DNA of 63,492 nt, filler included, from Basidiobolus ranarum (Eukaryota), in NCBI GenBank assembly GCA_040143965.1. It is 17 parts of 17 records of this genome, joined end to end, with 100 filler letters (N's around TTAATTAATTAA, not from the genome) between each part and the next. Parts side by side here need not be neighbours in the genome. Positions count along the whole stretch, not along the records: positions 52,394 to 56,027 come from JASJQH010002369.1; positions 56,128 to 59,761 come from JASJQH010002370.1; positions 59,862 to 63,492 come from JASJQH010002371.1; 14 more parts are not named here. The stretch is one strand, 5' to 3'. The notes under the pieces are model-generated. The model ran no database searches, was not told the DNA's origin, and saw only the letters and a program-made list of their open reading frames with translations. Shown here one piece after another: positions 52,394-63,492 of the stretch (the stretch's first letter is position 1; the number at the start of each line of letters is the position of its first letter). Position numbers and translations under genes: made by a program.

Positions 52394-55300
52394 GGGAAGC
52401 TCTGGCTCCAGCTGATCCCCTTTAGCAATATAATCTTAGGCTTATGGCTAATACCAAGTTTGATGTTAGACTGACTATTTGGTGAATTGATATCAGTGAT
52501 CATGCTTAAATCTTACTGGGCTCTTGACACTAAGATCATGAAGTTTAGTGTTAGATTTGGATAGTAGAAATGCATATGCTCAATAGAGTAAACTCAATTG
52601 ATTTGACAAAATCTGCAGTATGATAGTGCATTGTGCCCATGAAAACCTTAAACTTTTCTGATGGCAGGAGTGTCACCAATTCATATAATGATATTTGCTT
52701 AAATAAACTACTTGCCCATCTGAATCCCATTAGATAACCATTCAAATTCCACAATCAAAGGTTCCAAGAAGCTATTTATAAGCACTGGTGATTTAGGTCC
52801 AAATATGATGATAGTAACAAAATATTATAACACTTATACTGTTCCAAAGGAGGAAAATATAAATCAATTAAAATTATTAGCCAGTAAGCCTTTCCAATGG
52901 TATATTTGTTTAATGAGAAACCATCAAGAGCCAATGCAAATGCATCATCATGCATGTTCTCAATGAAACCTTGACTTTCCAGATTTTGGTAGTGATATCC
53001 ATCAAGTATATCAGTAATACCATCTGCTTTATGGTGAGTACTTTTGTATTAGATTAATGATCTCTATTTGGGTGATTTCATCAAAACTTTAAGATGGGCA
53101 ATCAACAATATGTAAGCCATATATGAACAATATTTATCTGACTCAGTGATTGCCAATTGTGTGCCAACAGTATATGACTTCAGGTTTTTCAGATCACTGG
53201 TGCATGCCAAACAACCAATTGGACATGAAGGTATTTAATTACTGAAGGATTATGAGTCATATGATTCATGAGTGCTTTCCACTTGTACCAGGTCTGTGGC
53301 AAAGCAACAGTAGCTAATCAATTGTGGTCAAGTGTAAGAAAACCAGTAAACACGTGGTTGCTAAGATTGATTGAACTCTCCGCTCCTCAATAATTGAAGC
53401 TGCTTCCTTTACTGCAAGTGTTATGAGTGGCCTAATGCTTGCCAATAACAAAGAGTCCATGATACAACCATTGTCTTCTTCTTCAACATCTGTAATACTA
53501 CTGTTGGTACTGGAATAACCAAGGTCAACATCTAGCAGCAAGTCCTTGAAGTTGTCTGGACTTACTGGTTTGACCAAAGTTGCATTTCTACCCATATCAT
53601 ACTGGTCATATAACTATGGTAACTTCATGGTATCTTGACTTTTGGCAGTGTTACCAAGACTTTGAGGCAAAGTACAGTCAGTGGACTCAATAGGCAAAAC
53701 TAAAGTTGATTTAGTGCACTTGTTACTGTTGTTATACACCAGGCTTTGTGCAGCTGGTGTCTTTGTACAGTGACCGTGCTTGTGATTATTTTTTCTATGA
53801 AGCCTCCGGCTTTCATAGCACAAGAATTTGCGACAATAATAGCAGGGCTTCTTTAAATTGGCTTCCAAGCCAAAGCATGCTGGCACAAAAGGAAAAAACT
53901 AGCAAGAATGGAGGACTTAATTGATGAGCAGTCTAGCAATCAACTATTTGCTTTGGGAGGCATTAGATGCTAGAGACTAACTCAAGTATTCATGAAACAT
54001 TAATCAATTTATCAGATGTGTTCCTTTCCAGTAATAGTGCAAGTGAAGAGATTGTAATCCCCCAATTGTGTAGTAAAGTAATACTTGAGCAAAGTTCAAC
54101 AGAAACACTGTCAAGACCATCAACTTCCAAAATGGCTACTTTGCCCACTATTGAACAACTCTCTGTAGAAACTTTGGATAGAATAATTACAACAAGGGAA
54201 TTGCAGGCAGAACACCATAATTATTTGTATGCAATCTTAAGTATGAACTACAAAGTTGCTATTCCAGCCATGACAAGCAATAACGCCACAATATTGCAAT
54301 TAATGCAGCATTTGGAAGCAACTAGTCAACAGTTAGAGAGTCACTCAACAATGATACAAGACCTGCAGGATGCTGTACTTGAGCTACAGCAACATGCTGC
54401 TCCCTCTGTCCATTCTCATATGGGATTTCAGTCAATCCTACACTATACATATTAACATCACTGTGAAAATCTAGCAGAGCAAAATATGTGTCAGACCATT
54501 AAGCCTACGCATTGAACCAATATTGCTTGTGCACATGAAAGTAGAAAACTCATAAGAAAGCAGGCAAACCAAAAGACTTTGAATGTCAGTGCTGCTGTCA
54601 CTTGCTCTGATAATAAGTTGTTCAACATTTTGGAAACTGTTCAGAATCTTGCCAAAAATTTCCGGGATTGAAGCCAATTGTGGTAAAACCAAATATCAGG
54701 TGTTACTCTGAAGGTTCTTGACTTATTTCATGTGGCTTAACCTGGGTTTTTTCAAGCAAATGGTTATTAGGCTAGTATAAGCCCATATATGAAACACCTC
54801 TAAAATGTATGCAATTATCAACTTGGAAAAGAAAGAAAAGCAGCTAATGAAGTACTCAAGGAGCAGGAAGTTAGTAAACCCAAGGGAAAATCAAAGGAGC
54901 CAGTGAGTTTTGGCTCTACTGTCCCACTTACCAGATTATTAACACCATTACAAAGTTCCGCATTTCCAGATTCACAATTACTACAAAAAAGCTTAATTAC
55001 ACAGTTGAATCAGGTACAACAGTTTGAAGAGTGCTAAATTTGGAAGTTTATCCATCACCTGGCACCTCTCAACAAGCCAAAACACCAGAAAATAAAACTC
55101 ATAGCTCTCCAACCTCCACTGGTACTTTTCAAAGTGTTGAAATTGGCCCCAAACTTAAAGGCAAGCAAAAATGCCACACAAATACCACAAAGCATCCTTA
55201 GTGATGTTTCACTACAAGGATGCATAAAAATAGTCAAAGTGCTTGAGAAGTATTTTCAAAAGTATGAAGGGAAAGATGCAGTGCAAGTATGCAAAATGTG

Positions 55301-55535
55301 GCTTCAGAAGAAGATACATTTTTTGCACATGTGTTCATCCATATTTCTCTGAAATAGTAGCCAATCATGTGCAACTATTTTGCAAGGTCCTGAATTTTGA
55401 CTCCTGGAACTCAAAAAATTGATTAAAATCAAACCTAACCCAATGTTTTTATGACAGTAAGTAAACAGTGAATCCAAAATGGAATAAAATTGTGATGGTT
55501 TTCCAACAATAACTATCCTCAAATTACTGATAGGG
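52394..55535 (-). mobile_element. Largest CACTA piece: transposase (minus, about 53870 to 52394), divergent ORF2 (plus, about 53880-55400) and left terminus at 55535
   Basis: Manual translation gives ITDILDGYHY..L...GF....DDAFALALDGF...WLIILIDLYFPP, IFGPKSPVLINSFLEPLIVEF and IGDTPAIRKV*GFHGHNALSYCRFC...HFYYP, the Transposase_21 (Tnp2) signature series, with stops. Confidence 0.92.
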
Positions 55536-56027
55536 ATAACTGTGGTAACCCCACTGTATCTTGACTTTTGGCAGTGTTAACAAAACTTTCAGGCAAAGCA
55601 TAGCCAGTGGACTCAATAGGCAAAACAAAAGTAAATTTTGCACACTTATTACTGTTGATTTTCACCAGGCTTTGTGCAGCTTGTGGCATTGTACAGTAAC
55701 CATGCTGGTGATAATTCTTTACATGAAGCCTCCTGCTTCCATAGCACAAAATCGGTGACAATAATTGTTGAAGTTTATTGTCTTCATCACATTTGTCATC
55801 TCTATCTTTATATAAATAACTATTTCATATATCACATATAGGTTAGTTAGCATTCCCTAACAAAAATAATATCGATTTGATCCGGATCGGATCCACCCTC
55901 CGAAATAGCAAAACCATCAGAGAACCGTCACAATATTGTTGGCTTGCATTCTGCCAGGGATTTTGATGATGTGACGGCGGTTTCTTGACGGTATCTTGGC
56001 GGTATTCATACATGTTAAATTATTGAT
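55536..56027 (-). mobile_element. CACTA transposase N-terminal piece (55536-55765), LTR C start (55766-55854) and a well-preserved CACTA right end (55855-56027)
   Basis: CCCTAACAAAAATAATATCGATTTGATCCGGATCGGATCC with CpGs retained; subterminal ACCGTCA repeats. Confidence 0.85.
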
Positions 56028-58061
56028 NNNNNNNNNNNNNNNNNNNNNNNNNNNNNNNNNNNNNNNNNNNNTTAATTAATTAANNNNNNNNNNNNNNNNN
56101 NNNNNNNNNNNNNNNNNNNNNNNNNNNAGGGATTAAGGAGGACCTATCCTAGGATTTCACTTACTGCTATGATTCTTGGATGTGAGAAATGCTTTATAGT
56201 TACAAACACCTTGCTTTCCCCGGTAGAAGAATGCCAGTGCATTTGACTTTATGTGATATCACTTTGAAAAGTTGACATGTTATCAGGTCTGAAGACAAGC
56301 CTATTACACCCATTGGACTTGCCTATCTTATCTGATAAATTCCGGAGCAATCCTTATGAACGAACATTGAAACACTAATTGCAATACTCGGTGTATACCA
56401 AGCTATGACTGGACTACAGGAAATGTCAGACGTAAAGCCCCGGCGATACGAACAGCAAAAACGATAAGTTATCGTATCTTCAGTGCCCTGAAATGTTGAT
56501 TCTGTCTTCTCTCCTCCTAACAAGCAACAAATAGAAATAGCGTATAAAATATGAAATGGGATACAGCCTTACATAGGAGTAAACCATGCTATATTGCATA
56601 ATCTTGATATCAGGAAGCATGCCACTTGATTCCCATTGGCTATGCTTCTGACGCAGTGAAGAGCCGCTATAGTTTGAAATATATACCGGCTCTTGAAGGG
56701 TTGTGTCTAGCCAATTAGCAGTGTCAGAGTGTGAATTTGTGGTCGTTGTGTTACAATTAATGTGAGCTCTCCATTATCATGTTCAGAAGAAACATGCAGA
56801 CATAGTGTATACAATGCTACATGTATTGCCTTTGGCACGTTGTGAATAGCCAAGGCATCCAGCTCACCAAGCTTTGAGTTTCCAATCTTACGACAACAAC
56901 GGAAGCTTAATCTTGATGATATAGAGAACCGCTACGGTATCGAATCCCCAGAGATATCTCTATCGCGTTCTCAGAATCCTAATTATAGACAAGTGCGTAG
57001 CATAGAACGCATCAACAATCCTGGAATTCCTGCTCCGCTTCGATGTGTAAATGAGCTACAAATTAAGCAGGTAAATTGTTGTTGATTAAATACAGTAAAC
57101 TTGCATCAAAGCTGAATCACTAATTAGGCTAAAGTGTCAAGACCATTGGATGCCTTTACAACAAGGGCACGGGATGTTTTGGCGGATTCGCAAGTTTCGT
57201 TATCTGAGTTGACAATATCGAGCAAGTTTATTCCATAATATGAAAGGAGCCTCACGATAGGCAATGTGCCGTACCAATAGCTCTGGCCCATACTCAGGAA
57301 ATTGCTGATTTCTATTGCTCAAATTGGGCCATCCACTATCTTTGGATCTCCCCATTCTTCATGCTTCTTCTTAACCCAAAAAGCCCATCAACGTACTACG
57401 CTTTCGTAATTATGCATTCGTTAACATGCTGGAATCGAGATAGCATTGGATTTGCAACTCAGCCAAGATCCCAAATCCCCTCACAGCTAGCATGAACAGT
57501 GAGAAAATCCTAGTGTAAGGAGCTGGATTACCCAATAGCTAACTGATCCAAAACTTTAAGCTTTTCCTTTCACGTGTAGTCACATACGATTCAAAGTGGT
57601 AGTTGGATTCATGGCCCATATGCTTCCAAATTGGCTCAACTGACTTCTGTGCTAATGGAAGATAATGATTCGTGGAGAAGAAAAATTGACAGTGGAATTT
57701 CATATGATAACTGCTTGATTGGTAGCCCCAACTAATTTGGAAAGCTATATTCGAATGGGTTGTATCATAACTCTATCCTATGAACAGTAATCTATATATA
57801 TATATTTCTGACAACTGCGCTAAAATATATATAATCATCAGAATCAGCGGAACCCGTTGTTTCCATTGAACACTCAACTTCAGACAGCTTGAATCTCAAT
57901 ATTTATACTGGTCTTATCTCAAACAGTGAAAGCTATCTCTAACCCTTACTATTGCTACCCCTTACTCTCGGATAGTCAATATTTTAACTTTTCACATACA
58001 ATCACTACTCTACCTTTTGTAAATATATATACCCCCTCACTCGCCCCTCTTTCTTCGAACT

Positions 58062-59689
58062 ATGTTTGAATACGTGAACTTGGCTAGACAGAAAGTCGAT
58101 AGCTTGATACAGGCCCGTGTGGATACTCTTCGACAAATCAAACGTCAAAGCCCTCCTGCTGAAGCCCCAGAAGTGACGATTCGTAATTCTACGAAACGTG
58201 TTATACTTGATGGGGCTGATAAAGACAACATATTTCTAGTACCAGGGCTTTTAAATTATAACAAAGTCAAAGTCAAAATACCCTATACTAAGGAATCCGA
58301 AATTACTTTACTGGACTATTGGTCAGATATTCGAGGCTCTCTACCAGAAGCTATTGCCCTAGAACCTAGTTCCATTGGGGTATGTTTACTTGCCTTACAC
58401 TCTTTGTTCCTTTTTAAATATTTGCTAATTTACTCACTCTTGTCTTTTAGTCTTTACATGGTACTGCATACATCGATGAATATATTGTTACCTTTATGAT
58501 TGACACTAACTTTGTACTTAGATAGAGCTTGTCAAATCTTCTATCAGCTGAAAGGCGGCTTAGTGGTACGTCATTTGATAATGAACTAGTACTGTATTCA
58601 CCTTAGTAACTGTGTTATTTTTTTTTGAATTCTTAGGATTATGGTAAAGAACATTCCCGAAAATTTTGCCATCACCAATTTGGCTCAAGTTACCCTGGCC
58701 ATCATCGTCAGTGGAATGAAAATAATCCAGTTGTACTCGTAGGTAATAATTTGAGGCCTCTTTATAACGGCTTAGTTTCTTTTCTATAACTAACGTACAT
58801 ATTTACTCTACTAGGCAAAGACTATGGAGTGCAAACATGCTCTTACTTACAACACCTCCTTGCTATTGATTACTTCAAATATAACACTAACGCTCAATGG
58901 ATAAAAGGGATTGTGTCTATATCTGGCTCGCATCGAGGCTCTACATTAAATTATTTATTTGGCCTTGTGCCTGGAACTCGGATTATTGTCCATCCACTCA
59001 GTATACTTCAACTCCTGCTGGTGTTTATACATCTTATCTGTTGGTTAGATTGGTTTTGGCTAAATAGTCTATTCCCCTTTCAATTAAACGATCGGTGGGA
59101 TCTATCTCGGAAGAAAGGAGGCTCGTTTTGGTGCGCACTCTTTGGGCGTAGTGGTTTCTCAAGCTTCGAGGATAGCTGGATTTATGATTATTCGGTGGAA
59201 GGTGCTAACCATACATCATCCCTATATCACTTAGACTCTGAATGCCTTTACATCAATTACGCAATTTCCACTTCACTTCGCTCTAGAATTACTGGGAGAC
59301 ATTTCGTAAGAATATTAAGTATCCGATCTGGTTACCCATGTAAATAACATTATCTTCATTTGTAGCCTCGTATCACTCAAGTTTGGTCAATCCTTCCAGG
59401 ACTTCTTTTGGGGCGTCAGCAGTTCGATTCGTACACTGTCCATGATATATTGAAGGAACCATCCGAGATGTTCTGGGAGAACAATGGTCATGTTTCCTTG
59501 ATATCCCAAATGCCTCCGGCTCATCATCCAATTCGCTTGAACCTGGTATTACAAAAGAAAATCTTTGACCCCCTTGATCAAGAGCTTACCCCAGGAATCT
59601 GGCACAATGTGCTGGTCAGTGATACTCGCAACATGAAACTGTTTGATCGTCTGTTGTTTCTTGACACTATACCCTTTGACATTTATTAG
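58062..59689 (+). CDS. Lipase-like alpha/beta hydrolase (related to Geobacillus/Staphylococcus-type lipases) with substituted catalytic residues
   Basis: FLVPGL, YW, SSIG|SLH|DRACQIFYQLKGGLV|DYGKEHSRKFCHHQFG..YPG, HRGST, DSWIYD, PGIW. Exons 58062-58379, 58451-58460, 58522-58565, 58638-58742, 58815-59305 and 59367-59689 splice in frame. Confidence 0.85.
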
Positions 59690-59861
59690 TTTTCTTACGC
59701 ACTTTGTAGACTCTGCTTTGAATAATTCCCATACCCGTTGTTTCTTGGCATCATGCCATTTNNNNNNNNNNNNNNNNNNNNNNNNNNNNNNNNNNNNNNN
59801 NNNNNTTAATTAATTAANNNNNNNNNNNNNNNNNNNNNNNNNNNNNNNNNNNNNNNNNNNN

Positions 59862-60202
59862 GGGGCTCATAACATGTTAAAGTATTTGGGAACCTGTTGG
59901 AAGTGGTTTGGAGAATTAGAGAAATTAGTGGTTTTCACTTGTTGATTTATTGAGTAGAAAGTTGACATTTATATTTTGGCAAGATATAAGTAAACTAACA
60001 GATGCAATGTGCTAAGGAAGGTCCCAGGAACATGTGTGCAAACTTTGGGGCTCCTAGCACAAGTTATCAAAATCTATATATCTGAGAACTTCTAAGTAAA
60101 TTCCTTATGAGAATAATGGATAATATCTTAGTGAAATATACGATAACTAAGTACTAAGCTATATATTACTATATAGGTGTTTAGGCAATGCTAATTTTAA
60201 TA
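59862..60202 (-). repeat. Copia LTR family B, 5' LTR (59875-60202) with primer-binding site
   Basis: ...ATACTTTAACA is followed directly by TGTTATGAGCCCC at the contig edge. Confidence 0.88.
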
Positions 60203-61117
60203 GATACATCAAATAGTTTCAGTTATGATTTCATAACATTGGCAACTATATGCCATATTACTAAGGTTTTAAGAAAGTTTCAATCAGTATAACAACGCAA
60301 TAGTCAGGGATAAGTATTATGGTATCTGTAAAAAATCTAATTTCTGTGTACTATCTTACAAAAGCTACTAATTATTTAATAAATGGCGGATCAACAGATG
60401 TTAGCTATGGCCAACTCTATGTAATTAACACGCGAATATTATTTATTTTAGACAGATTATTTCAGTATTCAGCATACCTTCAACCAATGTGAGAACAACC
60501 AGACTGAGTGTATTTTTGACTTCCTAATGGGCAGGGATTTACTAGGATTTGTGCTTATATGAAACTTACAAGACTTGGTCTAGATCTCTAAATATTCTTG
60601 ACTGTATCTTGTGGATACTACATATTCGCACTACACCAATTACTCCACTGCAAGTGAGACATTGAAGAGTAAGAGCAAGTTGATTCACGAGAAAATCACT
60701 TTACTAGGATATACAGTGTTGTATCCGTACTCCCTCAACTTTGGTACCTGTTGGCGGGTAAGTGAGGTGTAGGTTCAGATGACGTGTTTTATGGATATAG
60801 TTTGAAATATAGCTTAATCCTCGATAAAATAACTACTGCAACCTCATAAACGTCTGAGCCAATACAACTACCCATACTACCAGAGTGAGTACTAGCTTCC
60901 CCCTCCCCCCGATTATCTCTTAATCGTAAAGATTAAAACTCATAATATGATCATGAAGCATTTCGGAGGCTTAGTCGAATGAATAAGCAAGTCATATGAC
61001 ATCTATTCGTACTAAATATCTGGTTCAGCTTGACTATATAATGATCATCTCCTTTAGCAGCACCCAAGTTATACATAACATTTCAATAATCCTTAAGCCT
61101 ATTTAGCGCTCAACAAA

Positions 61118-61888
61118 ATGACTGGCCTGGAGATTATTGGGGCTGGATTCGGGCGCACAGGAACATCCTCTCTTAAGGTGGCTTTGGAGTATTTGGGCTA
61201 CCCGACATATCATATGCAAGACGCGAAGCAGCTACAACATGATAGTTACTGGATAGCAGCTGAACGAGGGGAATTCGTGAACTGGGATGATATTTTTCAA
61301 GGGTACAGCGCAACCTTAGATTGGCCTTCCATTAAGTACTACAAGGAATTATTGACCAAATATCCCAATGCCAAAGTGATTCTTTCCACCAGGGACCCAG
61401 AACGTTGGTATGAGAGTGCTTATAATACCATCTACTTTCCTCATCGAAAGACCAGCTTGAAGATTTTGGAATGGTTCTCTCCAAAGTATCGCCTTCATCA
61501 AGAGATGCTTAGGACTGTACTTTGGCGTGGGACGTTTCACGGTCGATTTGGGGATAAACAATATGCTTTGACTGTTTTTGAAAATCATAATGAAGAGGTG
61601 AAAAGGGTAGTTCCTCCTGACCAATTGCTAATATTTGATCCGAGAGAGGGTTGGGAGCCACTTTGTAATTTTTTGGAGAAACCGGTCCCTCAAATCCCAT
61701 TCCCTCATGTCAATGATTCGCTGGCCTTTAAGTCAGCAATGGACAAAAGAATCACAGTCCGGAATCGATTGTTGACATCTATTAGTATCTTCCCCATCAT
61801 AATATTTGTTTTATTCAGATGGTATTCCCTTGGACGCTTCCCCCTAAGCTCTATTATGGAAAGACTTAAATCGCTCCTTAAAATCTAA
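61118..61888 (+). CDS. Sulfotransferase-family (P-loop, Sulfotransfer_4-like) protein, intronless
   Basis: IIGAGFGRTGTSSLK.ALE.LG...YHM, DWP, YPNAKVIL..RDPERWYES, EGWEPLC.FL...VP..PFPHVND; C-terminal hydrophobic helix. Confidence 0.92.
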   Translation: MTGLEIIGAGFGRTGTSSLKVALEYLGYPTYHMQDAKQLQHDSYWIAAERGEFVNWDDIFQGYSATLDWPSIKYYKELLTKYPNAKVILSTRDPERWYESAYNTIYFPHRKTSLKILEWFSPKYRLHQEMLRTVLWRGTFHGRFGDKQYALTVFENHNEEVKRVVPPDQLLIFDPREGWEPLCNFLEKPVPQIPFPHVNDSLAFKSAMDKRITVRNRLLTSISIFPIIIFVLFRWYSLGRFPLSSIMERLKSLLKI

Positions 61889-62549
61889 CGCTCCAAGCAA
61901 TGCAACTGTAGCTTTGAATAAAAGGTGTCTCTGACATTGGTGATCGATACCATATAGCAGCTACGCTTGAATCAATTGATATGTCAACCATACATGTACA
62001 GCATTACAAACCAATCTCACAGGAGGTCTAGGAACTAACGAAAATTAACACACTGAAAACAACCAATTCAATATCCAGAATTTGGAATGAATTATCATAC
62101 AAATCCGGTAACTACCATAATATCAGTCCAGATTATAGCACCTATATATTATAACGTCTAGAAATGTCTTTAGTGCACTGTTAGATCCGATCTCACCCAT
62201 AAGTCGATCTCTCGGACGTTACAAACATAGACAGACCAGTCGAAAGATCGCAGTAAATCAAACATGCTGATAGGAAAAATCATTCTGCCGACTATGGGAA
62301 AACCAAATCTAGCCCAAATGATCACGGAAAAGTAAAAAAAAAGACAAATAATATTATCAACTCAATGACTTAGTTTATTGATATTTCTGGCGAATTAGAC
62401 TATACCAAGAAAACACCTATCGACAAAATAGAAATACATTTACTGTTGCAGAGAACAAAGAAGATTTAAATGTATTATTTACATCACCATGTTGTGTAGG
62501 TAAAACTTCGACAATGCGTAGAATCTTTTTAAGCTATGATTTAATGCAA

Positions 62550-63048
62550 TTATTTGCCCTTGCCAAAGGTAAGTGGGTCACCGATGTTCTTACCACGAAG
62601 TTTGACACCCAAAGCTCTCTCCAATTTACCAAGAATTTGTTGGTTAGGAATAGCACGACCCATCTCGTAGTCGTTCATAACGTTAGACTTCTCGTTAACC
62701 TTTTGACCGAGGTCCTTTTGTGTTAAACCCTTGTCTTGACGTGCCTTTTGGATGGCTTTACCAACATCAAGACTGACCTTGGGAGGAGCAACAATATCAT
62801 CACTACGGTCGAGTTTGGCGATCAAAGCGTGATCAGCACCGACATGACCTTTGTTAGCAACTGTAAAGGAAATAGATAAGCATATTGTCTTGATGAAAAG
62901 TTCAACAGATATAGAGTAACATACCAGTCTTCTTCTCGGTGGCAACAACGGCACCAGCTCTTCTAGCAGCGTTGACTTCAGCGGCAGATCTAGCAACCTT
63001 GGCGCGCTCTTGCTTTTGTCTGATAACAGTTACGGAATCCCAATCCAT
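62550..63048 (-). CDS. MBF1: Multiprotein bridging factor 1
   Basis: [10 protein letters not shown]...[22 protein letters not shown]...IAKLDR...[19 protein letters not shown]...[11 protein letters not shown]; intron 62861-62924. Confidence 0.97.
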
Positions 63049-63492
63049 TATAAAATATAAATTACTTGAAGGTTTAGAAGTTACCCAAGGGCTAATCTTC
63101 AAAAATCGCAACTACCAGTTTATAAAGGTTTACTTTGGAACCTCATCGAACAAAATTCGAGGTCGAAAAAATTATCCGTTGGATGGGTGAAAACCCCTGC
63201 ACAATCAATTTACCCTAGTAGTGAGGAACCATTTCCCAAATCCGACCTATAGTAAATGAAGCACGATCGCACGCTGTTGGCAATGGTTGTAATACTATAC
63301 CGGCTCTTTTGGACATGAATTTTCTTCCAGTCAAGTTGAGGTAAAAATAAATTTTTCAATTGGAAATTTCCATAGATTATCTACTACGGTAGTGTGAGTA
63401 GAATTGCGCATGGATATTGCAATCTCTATTTCAACCAATAAGAATCCCACTATGGAAGTTGTCATTGACACAGGTATCTACTCGAAGGCTAA

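Overview
This window is not contiguous DNA. It is 17 unrelated contigs of about 3.63-3.65 kb, in descending length order, joined by identical 100-nt artificial spacers (N44-TTAATTAATTAA-N44). The source is an AT-rich eukaryote with short GT-AG introns, most likely an early-diverging fungus (Mucoromycota/Zoopagomycota-like; this is inference). About six contigs are nests of decayed transposons: one CACTA/EnSpm (CMC) DNA-transposon family and several Ty1/Copia LTR families. Both CACTA ends and a head-to-head two-gene layout can be reconstructed by comparing copies. The repeats are strongly CpG-depleted, while the genic contigs are not. Host genes: O-fucosyltransferase-like protein, a small secreted 4-Cys protein, Trk K+ transporter, flavin monooxygenase, Erv29/SURF4 C-terminus, MEF2-type MADS-box factor, a receiver-domain cAMP phosphodiesterase (RegA-like), a glucuronokinase-like GHMP kinase C-terminus, cytochrome P450, a lipase-like protein, an intronless sulfotransferase-family gene and MBF1. 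Best leads: the lipase homologue whose catalytic triad is replaced (G-K-D-Y-G elbow) while its Zn site is kept; the divergent two-gene CACTA element with an orphan ORF2; the REC-PDE fusion; and a triplicated 11-mer upstream of the MADS-box gene. Gene neighbourhood cannot be read across spacers.
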